Source: Macrostomum lignano (Eukaryota). From it: a stretch of 64,000 nucleotides of DNA. The notes under the pieces are model-generated. The model worked only from the letters and a program-made list of their open reading frames with translations, made no database searches and was not told the origin of the DNA. The translations under genes were made by a program, and so were the position numbers. Shown piece after piece: positions 42,946-56,708 of the stretch; within the stretch, counting starts at the first letter, position 1, and each line of letters begins with the position of its first letter. The stretch covers positions 62,001-126,000 of the forward strand of contig NIVC01001748.1 of assembly GCA_002269645.1 (NCBI GenBank). Direction: 5' to 3'.

Positions 42946-43465
42946 TCTTACTAGCTTTAATACAAGCCAGCACAAGAAACCCTAGGAAAAAATGCACCCA
43001 ACCTACTATTTTCACAGCCTCGGAGTTCATCGCTGTGAAGTTTTATCTTGTTGATTTAGAAACGAAACTTGCATCAAGATCTGGGCTTTAAAATACGCTC
43101 ACAGGCTGCTGTTGGGCAGTTTCGCATTCTAAGATTGATGGCGGCCCGAATTTCCCCTGGGGGCTTGAAGACAGTTGAATCAGAATACATAGAAATGCAT
43201 TTTGGTCCGGGGCTAGTTCCAAATTTACTTAACCGAAAGTGCAGACTTCTGCCAGTACGCAGGGCTACTCCTCCAGATGGGCCGGTTTTGCACTATATTA
43301 TCTGTTTCAACATCTCTCCTCTGACTACTAATACGGCATGCTCGCGCTTCTGTTCTTGGCAGTTTCCCTTCTTGCTTGGCGTCGCACCAGAGTCCAATAC
43401 TTTTGCTTCTTTTTGGTACTGCACAGAGCGCACTGCATGCCTGGGATTTCCCCATCTTCTTCCCA

Positions 43466-43628
43466 ATCTCTCTCTCTCTCTCTCTCTCTCTTGTCTGCCT
43501 GTGAATTTCTCATTGGTAACCACAAGAGGAAGAAGCTATAGAGCCCGAAACTCCCGGGAGATTCATATTGTGTCATTCGTTAATACCTGATGCCGCCTCT
43601 CTCTCTCTCTCTCTCTCCCTCTCTCTCT
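43466..43628. repeat. Two short (CT)n microsatellites (about 43466-43490 and 43597-43628)
   Basis: Direct reading. Confidence 0.85.
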
Positions 43629-44181
43629 GTCGTTACTATGCTATGCTAAGCATTGTATTAATCTAGGAGTATATAGAGGCAACAGGGACAGATTTCGATT
43701 CGAAGATAAACTTGGGACACCTATAGCCATATAGGTACGCCATTGCCGCAGGGTTGTATCATCCTTCCCAATCTTTTTTCCCTTTGCAGCCATGCGGATT
43801 GCCATCCTTGCTGCTCTTTTTCCTTCTTCTTCTTCTTGTCCCTAAAGTTTTTTTGGGCCCGCGGATCTGACAGTGACTGCAGGACGTCATTGTCTTGCTC
43901 TGCGTGTCCGCCGCGGCAGGATAAAGATATGGAACAGGCATTTTGAATTTGCGAGCGAATGATGGACACGAAGTGGGAGACAGAGGGTTAGAGATAGTAT
44001 GCGCCTTAGATAGGATTTCAACACGAACTGCTGTCAACAGGAAGCCATGTTGCTATTTAGTTGGTTTTTAGTTCATTTTGTCAATTCTATGTTAAATTTT
44101 AATACTTCACGAAATTTATTACCTGACTGTAAAGTTATGGTCTAGATTTAAATAGTAGAAACTTTTGTGACACTGGGGAAT

Positions 44182-44747
44182 GGAATGGTTTAAGGACCCT
44201 AAGAATGGTTTAAGGACCCTAAGAATGGTTTAAGGACCCTAAGAATGGTTTAAGGACCCTAAGAATGGTTTAAGGACCCTAAGAATGGTTTAAGGACCCT
44301 AAGAATGGTTTAAGGACCCTAAGAATGGTTTAAGGACCCTAAGAATGGTTTAAGGACCCTAAGAATGGTTTAAGGACCCTAAGAATGGTTTAAGGACCCT
44401 AAGAATGGTTTAAGGATCCTAAGAATGGTTTAAGGACCCTAAGAATGGTTTAAGGACCCTAAGAATGGTTTAAGGACCCTAAGAATGGTTTAAGGACCCT
44501 AAGAATGGTTTAAGGACCCTAAGAATGGTTTAAGGACCCTAAGAATGGTTTAAGGACCCTAAGAATGGTTTAAGGACCCTAAGAATGGTTTAAGGACCCT
44601 AAGAATGGTTTAAGGACCCTAAGAATGGTTTAAGGACCCTAAGAATGGTTTAAGGACCCTAAGAATGGTTTAAGGACCCTAAGAGTGGCTTAAGAACCAT
44701 AAGAATGGTTTAAGGACCCTAAGAATGGTTTAAGGACCCTAAGAATG
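44182..44747. repeat. 20-bp minisatellite (GGTTTAAGGACCCTAAGAAT)n, about 28 copies
   Basis: Near-perfect units. Confidence 0.95.
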
Positions 44748-45484
44748 GGCAAAGATCCTTTGAAATGGCCCCTTGCGGGCACCCCAGAGATGATAAAAGG
44801 ACATAAATGTGTTATCGAATAGTTTTTTGCATTCACCAGCCAAGCAGTTGTCTGTTGAAGTGTGTTTTCATTTTCTTCTTGAAATTCAGCCAGTAGTTTT
44901 CAGTATAAGGTAAAGTCTAATAAGCATGAAATATGAAATATAATTGCATGTATCCGTTTTTATCGCTTCGGTCGTCCTTATTTTGGCCCATTTCTGGCAC
45001 AAGACTGCTCATGTTCTGTCTGATTGAGCTGGTTAAAATTTCCAGGGGAGGAATGCAGACTCGGCCTTCTGTGTTCTTGCTGTTAAATTAAAAAAAACTT
45101 TGGGGTGCCCTCCGTTTCTACTTTTTTGCAGTCAGTTTTTGCTATTTTTGCCTTTCTTAAATTTGTTTAATTGTTACTTTTTTGCCAATTCCGGACTCAG
45201 GCAATAAATTCCTAATAAAGTAACTTATCTAACAGTTTCTTTTATGGATTTATATGTAGTGTGTACGTTTTGTACATGGAGATTGCTAACTTAATGGCAG
45301 TCCACATCAGATTAAATATAGATACTCGTAGATTGCTCAAATCAATCCTAAAATGAGTTTGAACAAACTATACAATAATTTGAGCAATATCTAGTATACT
45401 AAAATTAAAATTCCAAAGAAATTCTCTCAGAAAAAGATCGAAAGTCGTCTACATCGACTTGTATTATTACCGTTGTTTTTTTAC

Positions 45485-45737
45485 ACCTGCCCTAATCGCC
45501 AGATGTGCAACCGACAGCTTAGTCGCATCTGAAGGTTGTTGAGGCCAAGGACTGGGGGGTCGCCACACACACCCTCAGTTACCCGCACCCATTTTACAGC
45601 TGGGTGAACTGAAGCAATGCATAGTTAAGGTGTCTTGCTCAATAAGGACACAAATTGTTCCAGTGGGATCGGGAATCTAACCTCCGACCTTCAGGTCGTG
45701 AGTCCGACTCTCTAAACACTAGGCTAGAGACCCCTGC
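45485..45737 (-). mobile_element. tRNA-derived CORE-like SINE, copy 2 (inverted, in intron 1)
   Basis: The reverse complement aligns to copy 1 from the head (GCAGGG..AGCCTAGTG..GTCGGACTCACG) to the tail (TAGGGCAGGT). A 37-nt stretch is identical (45585-45621 vs 36062-36098). Confidence 0.85.
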
Positions 45738-46263
45738 CATGGGATTATTGCAATGGTACTAGTTGAAACAGTGTAAAGATTTGGAAGTGGACTTAAATTC
45801 AAAATAGACACACCCGAACACACCTAAGCAAGGCCTTAACCCAACCTGGATGCACAAGTCCAGCTATAAGCCGCTAAGTGGCAAGCGATGTTCCGGTGTC
45901 AGTCATTGGAAACCAGCCAACTTACGCGCATATTTCGGGTATATACTGCAGGTAGAAAATAACTGAAATCGAATACGCCAGAAATTTCGATTAGGGGATG
46001 GGGCCTAAGCCTTGAAGCTTCTACCATGAGTGAGTGAGTGTTAAGCTTCAAGCTAAAAAGTGTCTCTTTAAGCTATTGACAAACACCTTTAGGTTAGATT
46101 AGGGCGATTCGTAAGCCTACTGCTGCATAGACGAACGGCTGCAACTAAAAAAGCAGAGAATATATTTCTCAAGCCAAAGCTTGGCATTAGGAGATCAATT
46201 TCTGCAGTGCTGAAATCCTTTAGATGAAGTTTTTAGCGTTTCTTGGGATACTGGAGGAAAGTG

Positions 46264-46790
46264 AGGACACACAGATGGGTAACAAACACACGGAGCTAGG
46301 ACACACAGATGGGTAACAGACACATGGAGCTAGGACACACAGATGGGTAACAGACACATGGAGCTAGGACACACAGATGGGTAACAGACACACGGAGCTA
46401 GGACACACAGATGGGTAACAGACACACGAAGCTAGGACACACAGATGGGTAACAGACACACGGAGCTAGGACACACGGAGCTAGGACACACGGAGCTAGG
46501 ACACATGGGGCTAGGACACATGGGGCTAGGACACACGGAGCTAGGACACACGGAGCTAGGACACATGGGGCTAGGACACATGGGGCTAGGACACACGGAG
46601 CTAAGACACACGGAGCTAGGACACATGGGGCTAGGACACATGGGGCTAGGACACATGGAGCTAGGACACATGGGGCTAGGACACATGGGGCTAGGACACA
46701 TGAGGCTAGGACACATGGGGCTAGGACACATGGGGCTAGGACACATGGGGCTAGGACACATGGGGCTAGGACACATGGGGCTAGGACACA
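46264..46790. repeat. Compound array: 34-bp units followed by derived 15-bp units (GGACACAYGGRGCTA)n
   Basis: Period 34 (46265 to 46299), then period 15 from about 46460. Confidence 0.92.
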
Positions 46791-47462
46791 GGCAGCAGAA
46801 GTCGTACTAATCATTTGCTTATCTAGTTAAGCGATCTAAGCCACCTGAGAACGGGATGCAAACTATCTCAAGGATTTTTGTCATTCAAAGTGTACTCGGG
46901 TAGCCCCGTTCCATGCAAAAAATTTTCCTTCTGCAATTCTGACGACGAGAAGAATGTGACAAAACGTAAGAGTCGTTTGCAGCATCACTCTCATCCAGCC
47001 CCACTTATGCTGCTGGGCCTGCAGGATGAATTTCATTTTTATAGCCTTTGGTGAGGAGAATAGAAGAATCGAGGCTGAAGATGAAGAATGATGAAGCGTT
47101 GCAGAAGGATGCTGGAGTGCTTGCGTGTGTCTGCCGCTTTTCCGTCCTCTCAGCTTTGTTGGCTTTTGGTTCCTGGTAGTATGGGCTTTCTTCTACTTCA
47201 ATGCAGAGCCGCCAGGTACATATGCATATCATTTTGTTGCTATGGCCTAATTCCTGAGTTCTCCCAGTCTGATGGAGAATGCGTGTGAGATGTGGCGCCC
47301 CCGCCCGCTTTCTCTTCTTCTCGCCGATTTCGACAGGCAATTGGGCGTTTCCGTTTTTTTACCTGAGTTTTTGTGCTGCGCATAATTTGCTTTGGTGCTC
47401 CATTGGCGTGCTTTATTTAGCTCTTTTAGTGCTACAACGCACCTGAGAGCAGTGAACAATGC

Positions 47463-47774
<312 letters not shown>

Positions 47775-48534
47775 CTGTGCACAGCAGTCAGACACAACAG
47801 ATCATCTGCAACCCACCTGCTGAAATGTGCAACTTAGCCGAAACAGAACCATTTTGATCGTCTTGTTTATTTCTCAAACACACGAATGATGCAGAGGCCA
47901 TTTAGCAGAGGCTCCACAGAGGCTGGGGGAGCCAAGCACGCAGGAAGCGCCACCAGCCACCGATTTTCCTAATGGATTGAAAAGTTCAGTCGAAGCTGAA
48001 GTCACCAGAAACGGTTCGTTCAGGGGAAGTTTTCGGAATAAATTTATGTGGAAAAATCCGAGGCATATATGCACGGTAGGCACTATAACCTAATCCCTTG
48101 CTTTAGACTTCTCTCTGCACTGACCGCTCTCTAGAACGCTTTAAGAATTGAAGGTTTCAGCAATTGAACCGCGGTGTTAGAGTATGCGTTTTGGGGGGCT
48201 GATGGAATGGTTACTAGCCCTGTTAGCCAAATGCTTGCCAGTCCCTTACACAAGTGCTGGCGTATGAATTTGTGGGGAATTTATTATCATTTTTTGGCAG
48301 AGAACTTTGCGAAGGAAATAAAGTGAAAAGCATGCGATGTTCGAGAATTCCGGTAGCGCGAGGGCAGATCCTGCTATTGCAAATTGGGGTTTGACTCAAA
48401 TTAGAAAGATGATATTATTTACTCTATCACATATAGCACACATATGCTTTGCACTTTGCACTTCAATGCTCACAGCAGTTTAGGATTTAAAAACTTGCAT
48501 GTTGTGTTTAAATATAAGGCTATGAATGAATGAA

Positions 48535-50015
48535 TAGAATGAACAGGAGGTCATGAAGATGGTGATTCTTAGAATGAACAGGAGGTCATGAAGATGGATA
48601 TTCTTAGAATGAACAGGAGATCATGAAGATGGATATTCTTAGAATGGACAGGAGATCATGAAGATGGATATTCTTAGAATGAACAGGAGGTCATGAAGAT
48701 GGATATTCTTAGAATGAACAGGAGGTCATGAAGATGGATATTCTTAGAATGAACAGGAGGTCCTGAAGATGGATATTCTTAGAATGAACAGATCATGAAG
48801 ATGGTGATTCTTAGAATGAACAGGAGGTCATGAAGATGGATATTCTTAGAATGAACAGGAGGTCCTGAAGATGGATATTCTTAGAATGAACAGATCATGA
48901 AGATGGTGATTCTTAGAATGAACAGGTCATGAAGATGGATATTCTTAGAATGAACAGGAGGTCATGAAGATGGTAATTCTTAGAATGAACAGATCATGAA
49001 GATGGTGATTCTTAGAATGAACAGATCATGAAGATGCTGATTCTTAGAATGAACAGGAGGTCCTGAAGATGGATATTCTTAGAATGAACAGGAGGTCATG
49101 AAGATGGATATTCTTAGAATGAACAGGAGGTCATGAAGATGGTGATTCTTAGAATGAACAGGAGGTCATGAAGATGGTGATTCTTAGAATGAACAGGAGA
49201 TCATGAAGATGGTGATTCTTAGAATGAACAGGAGATCATGAAGATGGTGATTCTTAGAATGAACAGGAGGCCATGAAGATGGTGATTCTTAGAATGAACA
49301 GGAGATGATAATTCTTAGAAGGAACAGGAGGTCATGAAGATGGATATTCTTAGAATGAACAGATCATGAAGATGGATATTCTTAGAATGAACAGGAGATC
49401 ATGAAGATGGACATTCTTAGAATAAACAGGAGATCATGAAGATGGTGATTCTTAGAATGAACAGGAGATCATGAAGATGGTGATTCTTAGAATGAACAGG
49501 AGGTCATGAAGATGGTGATTCTTAGAATGAACAGGAGGTCCTGAAGATGGATATTCTTAGAATGAACAGGAGGTCATGAAGATGGTGATTCTTAGAATGA
49601 ACAGATCATGAAGATGGTGATTCTTAGAATGAACAGGAGGTCATGAAGATGGTGATTCTTAGAATGAACAGGAGGTCATGAAGATGGTGATTCTTAGAAT
49701 GAACAGGAGGTCATGAAGATGGTGATTCTTAGAATGAACAGAAGATCATGAAGATGGTTATTCTTAGAATGAACAGGAGATCATGAAGACGGTTATTTTT
49801 ATAATGAACAGAAGATCATGACGACGGTTATTTTTATAATGAACAGGAGATCATGAAGACGGTTATTTTTATAATGAACAGAAGATCATGAAGACGGTTA
49901 TTATTAGAATGAACAGGAGATCATGAAGATGGTTATTTTTATAATGAACAGAAGATCATGAAGATGGTTATTATTAGAATGAACAGGAGATCATGAAGAT
50001 GGATATTCTTAGATC
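48535..50015. repeat. 35-bp (32-bp deletion variant) minisatellite (TTCTTAGAATGAACAGGAGRTCATGAAGATGGWKA)n, about 43 copies
   Basis: Direct reading; decays at the 3' end. Confidence 0.94.
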
Positions 50016-50469
50016 AAGAAGATGCAATGAGAATAATGAGCCAGACATTATAAGTCAAAACAAAGATAATGAAGAAGATGCTTAGAAACAAATAGCAGCA
50101 ATTTACATTCATACAGAAGCACAAACGCACCGTCAAAGAAAACAGTTGGCCTTTGTAAAATGATTCCATCAATTTACGGTACTAAGCGTACGGTACATGT
50201 ATTGATATAATTTGCCTGTAGACAGCATGACAGTTGGACAGGGGTCGAACTCTGGACTTTGCGTCCTTAATCCTTTTTTCTTTCCTCTGCTTCTATCTTC
50301 GCTTGTTTATCATCTGGATAGCAACTGACCAAATAAATAAAAGGGCGCAGCATCGCCGTAAGTTTAATTAGACCTTTTTATAAGATCAGTGCGATATTTT
50401 AGGATAGTAAAGAATAATGCTGGTATGGAAATTGTAGACAAATATAAAAGGTTTTCAAGAATCGTGATG

Positions 50470-51925
50470 GATAGGAGAGAGCGGAGAAGAGAGTGGTAGA
50501 GAGCGGAGGAGAGCGGAGGAGAGAGTAGTGGTAGAGAGCGGAGGTGAGAGTGGTAGAGAGCGGAAGTGAGAGTGGTAGAGAGGGGGGAGAGAGTGGTAGA
50601 GAGCGGAGGTGAGAGTGGTAGAGAGCGGAGGAGAGAGTAGTGGTAGAGAGCGGAGGAGAGAGTAGTGGTAGAGAGCGGAGGAGAGAGTGGTAGAGAGCGG
50701 AGGTGAGAGTGGTGGAGAGCGGAGGAGAGAGCGGAGGAGAGAGTAGTGGTAGAGAGCGGAGGAGAGAGTGGAGTTGAAAGTGGTAGAGAGCGAAGGGTAG
50801 AGCGGAGGAGAGAGTAGTGGTAGAGAGTGGAGGAGAGAGTGGAGGAGAGAGTAGTGGTAGAGAGCGGGAGGAGAGAGCGGAGGGGAGAGTAGTGGTAGAG
50901 AGCGGAGGAGAGAGCGGAGGAGAGAGTAGTGGTAGAGAGCGGAGGAGAGAGCGGAGGAGAGAGTGGAGTTGAAAGTGGTAGAGAGCGGAGGATAGAGCGG
51001 AGGAGAGAGTAGTGGTAGAGAGTGGAGGAGAGAGTGGAGGAGAGAGTAGTGGTAGAGAGCGGAGGAGAGAGCGGAGGAGAGAGTAGTGGTAGAGAGCGGA
51101 GGATAGAGCGGAGGAGAGAGCGGAGGAGAGAGTAGTGGTAGAGAGCGGAGGATAGAGCGGAGGAGAGAGCGGAGGAGAGAGTAGTGGTAGAGAGCGGAGG
51201 AGAGAGCGGAGGAGAGAGTAGTGGTAGAGAGCGGAGGAGAGAGTAGTGGTAGAGAGCGGAGGAGAGAGTGGAGTTGAAAGTGGTAGAGAGCGGAGGATAG
51301 AGCGGAGGAGAGAGTAGTGGTAGAGAGTGGAGGAGAGAGTAGTGGTAGAGAGCGGGAGGAGAGAGCGGAGGAGAGAGTAGTGGTAGAGAGCGGAGGAGAG
51401 AGCGGAGGAGAGAGTAGTGGTAGAGAGCGGAGGAGAGAGTGGAGTTGAAAGTGGTAGAGAGCGGAGGATAGAGCGGAGGAGAGAGTAGTGGTAGAGAGTG
51501 GAGGAGAGAGTGGAGGAGAGAGTAGTGGTAGAGAGTGGAGGAGAGAGTGGAGGAGAGAGTAGTGGTAGAGAGCGGAGGAGAGAGCGGAGGAGAGAGTAGT
51601 GGTAGAGAGCGGAGGAGAGAGCGGAGGAGAGAGTAGTGGTAGAGAGCGGAGGAGAGAGTGGAGTTGAAAGTGGTAGAGAGCGGAGGATAGAGCGGAGGAG
51701 AGAGTAGTGGTAGAGAGCGGGAGGAGAGAGCGGAGGAGAGAGTAGTGGTAGAGAGCGGAGGTGAGAGTGGTAGAGAGCGGAGGTGAGAGTGGTAGAGAGC
51801 GGAGGTGAGAGTGGTAGAGAGCGGAGGAGAGAGTGGAGTTGAAAGTGGGAGAGAGCGGAGGAGAGAGTAGTGGTAGAGAGCGGAGGTGAGAGTGGTAGAG
51901 AGCGGAGGAGAGAGCGGAGGTGAGG
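50470..51925. repeat. Purine-rich compound minisatellite (GAGAGCGGAGGA / GAGAGTAGTGGTA modules)
   Basis: Direct reading. Confidence 0.92.
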
Positions 51926-52463
51926 GAGAGCGACACCAGACGAGGTGTAAGCAATCGATAGTGTATGAGAGACAGAAGTGTATTAAGCAGGAAGGCGAGT
52001 AAAGTCCGCGGGATGGAGCTCAGAGTGCCTGGGGGGAATTAGAACTACACCGCTCTGCTCTCTGCGGCATTCCTATCCAAAAAGTTCCTCCGACCCCTAA
52101 AAGCAAAGTTCTCTGTAAAATTTTCGATTGCATTATCCCTCCCCTCTGCATGGCCCAGTGCCTCAGCGTTGCATAATTAATGGGGCTTGGATTTCGCTCG
52201 AACGAGCAACAGCCAAACTGAAGCATTCTACGAATCGATTCGGGCGAATCCTATCCGTCCCCATTCGATGTAAAATTCTCTTTTTGTCCGTCCGTCTGTC
52301 TGTCTGCCTGTCTGTCTGTCCGTCGTTTTCCCTCCTCCAGAGTCAGGCTTTGAAATTGATTGGGGTGTCCGCGCGCCAGTCTCTGGGGGTGACTTCTTGG
52401 GGGGGGGCAGTTTTAACTGCGAGGATTCTGAGGCTGTTTTTCTCGGTTGCGACGACTGCATCC

Positions 52464-52466
<3 letters not shown>

Positions 52467-52516
<50 letters not shown>
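52467..52516. repeat. (CT)n microsatellite
   Basis: Direct reading. Confidence 0.93.
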
Positions 52517-52521
<5 letters not shown>

Positions 52522-52738
52522 GTAGCGAAAATAAAAACCGGAAGGGACCGCATGCAGGATGGTGCGGGTGGGGGGGGGTCTCAGGCAGTGCGGCACTTTT
52601 CAGTGCAAATTGTTTGGCCTCAAAATATTGCGCTCTTTTTGCCTCTCTGCTGTTGTACCCTCTCATTTGGGTCATCGCTTCCCTGCTTTTATTGCCCTCT
52701 GTCTCTGCTGTCACGTGTCTGTTTATGCCTGTCTGAGT

Positions 52739-52947
<209 letters not shown>

Positions 52948-53358
52948 ATTGCATTCGCCAGACAAAGAAGGAACGGACAGCATGCATATGATGACACAAC
53001 AATGATAGATATATCAATAGTAATAGCATGCCTCAATAGAAAATAGTTATCCCCAACGCAGACTCAACGAATAAGCTCAAGTTCTCCAGCAATAGCAAAT
53101 TATCCTGAAAAGCTAGTAGTCAGCCAGTCTATTCCCTCCACCGGCCATAAATTTATAGTTTTTTTAGCTTCAAATTGCTCCGCTGAGCTACCGCGTGAGC
53201 TGGGGTTCCCTTTGTCTACCAACACCGCTCTCAGTCAGTTACAATATTAGCCAGTGGCAAGTTGGTGCAAAGCTGACACCAAGCCTCAATGCCGCGTGTT
53301 CATAAATCATTTTTCTTCAGATCTGCTGGCGGGGGTCGCCGCGCTTGGTGTTGAGGGT

Positions 53359-53502
<144 letters not shown>

Positions 53503-53727
53503 GGATCTCAGTATTTACATATTGTGACAATACAATGCAAACTATTGCAATAGGAGGTACCTATCGATAGATCCTCATATTATCTTGTTAACAATTATAT
53601 GCATTTTAGCACTAATGCTTTTTGTTTTATCTGCCGGCTTGCCGAGCTAATTAATTATTAATTAGTCCGCATGCTTTTGACACTATACAGTCTTAGAAAA
53701 ATATATAGTGTAACTTAGCGCTAATCA

Positions 53728-53900
53728 TGGATGCCTAATAGCTATCTATGAATGCCTAATAGATATCTATGAATGCCTAATAGCTATCTATGAATGTCTA
53801 ATAGCTATCTATGAATGCCTAATAGATACCTATGTAGTCCTAATAGTTATCTATGAATACCTAATAGACATCTATGAATGCCTAATAGACATCTAATAGG
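53728..53900. repeat. 22-bp minisatellite (ATGAATGCCTAATAGMTATCT-type)
   Basis: Direct reading, about 7 copies. Confidence 0.85.
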
Positions 53901-54529
53901 CATTATATGTCTATTAGTATTATGCATTCCAGAGGCATTAGACTTTCAGCCTAATAAACTAATGTACTTTTGGGCGTCAAAAGTTCGCCTGAGCGCATAT
54001 TATATATCATATCCAAAGGTTCCGCCATCTGACAGCTGTCAAGCCAACCGTGAACCCCTTCATCAATCCATCAGTGCACTGACAAGGGAAAGTAAGCCAT
54101 CTTAAACCGGGCGGTTCTTTTTTGACATTTTATCCGCTCAAAATGAGCTGTCAAGCTCATTGAGAGCAGCTTTGGGGTGTAAAGGGGAGTTAGCCTATCA
54201 AATCCTATTGATCAGCTGATCATAGTTTGAGATGCTGCAACTGCCTACCTATAACCTAGCACGCTGGTTCCTTCCGCTCTCCGCTCAGTGCAGCTTCTCT
54301 TACCTGCATTGTGGAAAAGCAGACAGAGTGGAGCCAGGAGATGCCGCCAGGTTTTTCTTGCTGGCAAAAGGCAATTGAGAGCAGATGCGTTTTGACGTAA
54401 GAAAGGAAATCACTGATTATAATTGTAGTGCCGTCCTTGATAGATTTCTGATTGCAACTTCAACTTGGAGTTGTAGCTGTCTTTTAACTTCAGATTGCAG
54501 CAGATTTTTCTTTGCTTTGGCTAACCTAA

Positions 54530-54905
54530 TCTTTAGATTTCTGCTTTCAGGATTTCTGCTTTTAGGATTGCATGCTTTTAGATTTCTGCTTTTAGGATTT
54601 CTGCTTTTAGGTTTCTGCTCTGAGGATTGCAAGCTTTCAGATTTCTGCTTTTAGGATTGCATGCTTTTAGATTTCTGCTTTTAGGATTTCTGCTTTTAGG
54701 TTTCTGCTCTGAGGATTGCAAGCTTTCAGATTTCTGCTTTTAGGATTTCTGCTTTCAGGATTTCTGCTTTTCGGATTGCATGCTTATAGATTTCTGCTTT
54801 TAGGATTTCTGCTTTTAGGTTTCTGCTCTGAGGATTGCAAGCTTTCAGATTTCTGCTTTAGGATTTCTGCTTTTAGGATTTCTGCTTTCAGATTTCTGCT
54901 TCTGC
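54530..54905. repeat. 15-bp-based minisatellite (GATTTCTGCTTTYAG)n with GGATTGCA modules
   Basis: Direct reading. Confidence 0.88.
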
Positions 54906-55934
54906 TTTCAGTTTCTATTTATGTTGTTTGGATTTTTTTAGTTTTACATCCTATCAGATTGTTGAATTTCGATGCTGGAGTTTCTGCTTTTAAATGTGGC
55001 ATTTTACGAGGCACAGGATTGTCTTGTACGAGTATGAAATGTTTCGATTTAAACATATCTTCTTTCGCTTGCGCAAAGTTCTGCTTTCAAACTTCCAAGC
55101 AGTCATATCAAGAAATAGCGCTGATAACTGTAATCAGTGCGACGGTTGGATGCCCTGCGATGTCGCACCATTTCATAGCTCAGTCTCAATATCGCTAATC
55201 TTTCATCTCGTAATTAGCATTATAGCGAACCAAATAAGAAAATCTTTTAACCGATGAGTCACCAGCTGATTAGCATAATTAAGCACTAGAGAGTATATAG
55301 AAATCCCATGCAATCAGCTGATTTTAGTATCAGTTTCTCCCTAATGTTTTTGCCGCCGGGGATGCGAGGGCACTAATCCCTCGCGGCTTTGGCTGGCAAC
55401 GATAAAAACTGTAAAAAATCGAAAGCCGTCACAGTCGCGCAGGCCCATTATCAACTGGGGTGTTCCTCTACCCCCAGTTTTCTAGGAAAGCTCTGAGAAA
55501 AAAGCTGACCAATATGTAGAAAGCCACATCACGGAGGGATCAATTTATGCGACAAAGCAGCTGTGAGGGAGAGAAGATAATGAAAGTCTGAGGGGGGTTG
55601 GGGCTGCAGTGAGTAAGCCAAAGGATGCTGATGGAGTCGATGCTCAAGTCGAATTCCAGTTACGCATCATGCCCAAACTCGAACTGGCGGATTGGAAAGA
55701 CAATTGCGTAATCGGAAGGGTGAGGTGGTTGGGGTGGGGGGAGGATTTTCCCGATGCTCGAGTGACCGCAGATAACACGCCGGGGGATCCAAGATTACTC
55801 GACGGGTGACGGAGGCTGAGGCGCAGTGCAGGAATTGATTGAATTGCAAATGCCAAAAATTAGAATTGCCTAATTCTTGGGGAATATAATTTGCTTAGAA
55901 AAACTACAGACTGATGACATTGGACCGCCCGCGT

Positions 55935-56295
55935 TATTCCCTCCGGAATCCCCTTCTTTTCCATCGGAATCCGCCCCATTCCCTCCGGAATCCGCCCCTA
56001 TTTACTCTGGAATCCGCCCCATTCCCTCCGGAATCCGCCCCTATTTACTCTGGAATCCGCCCCTCATTCCTTACTGAAATCCGCCCCATTCCTTCTGGAA
56101 TCCGCCCCTCATTTTCATCCGAAATCCGCCCCTTTTGCTCTGGAATCCTCCCCTCATTCCCTCCGGAATCCGCCTCTCATTTCCTCCGGAATCCGCCTCT
56201 CATTTCCTCCGGAATCCGTCCCTCATTTCCTCCGGAATCCGCCCCTCATTTCCTCCGGAATCCGCCCCTCATTTCCTCCGGAATCCGCCCCTCCT
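55935..56295. repeat. About 22-bp minisatellite (CCGGAATCCGCCCCTCATTTCCT-type) just upstream of exon 2
   Basis: Direct reading. Confidence 0.85.
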
Positions 56296-56378
56296 ACCCA
56301 CTCCTCCTAATCCACACTAATCCACCTAATCACACACTCTAATCACTTCAATTCACTCCTAAATCGCCAAACCCACAG

Positions 56379-56687
56379 CTGACTGCCACGGACGAAGACA
56401 AGAACCATGACTTCAAATTTGCGCTGGAAACCACCACTCCGGAGGAAGCCAGGCGCCATTTTGGGGTGCAGCCCAGCGGCCGGGTGGTTGTGCTTAATTC
56501 GCTGGATTACGAGTTTCAGCGCCAGTTTAATCTGCACCTCAAAGTTTACGAGGGCGAACTGACAGACACAGCGATTCTGAAAGTGACAGTCACCGATGTC
56601 AACGACAACCCGCCGCAGTACAAGGAGACCGCGCCACTGGAGCTCGATGAGGAGAGCAAATCAGGCGTTATGGTCGGAGAAGTGCAG
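56379..56687 (+). CDS. Protocadherin coding exon 2 (rest of EC3, start of EC4)
   Basis: Acceptor CCCACAG| at 56378. Reads LTATDEDK..LDYE..DVNDNPPQY..GEVQ and joins exon 1 to give the canonical GATIFN|LTATDED. 309 bp, phase 0/0, donor CAG|GTGCGT at 56688. Confidence 0.93.
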
Positions 56688-56708
56688 GTGCGTGCCGTCC
56701 CAGACCTT

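Noticed and set aside
42275-43091. Pro/Gln/Trp-rich ORFs after exon 1
   Set aside because: Derived from the 28-bp intronic array; exon 1 joins exon 2 cleanly without them.
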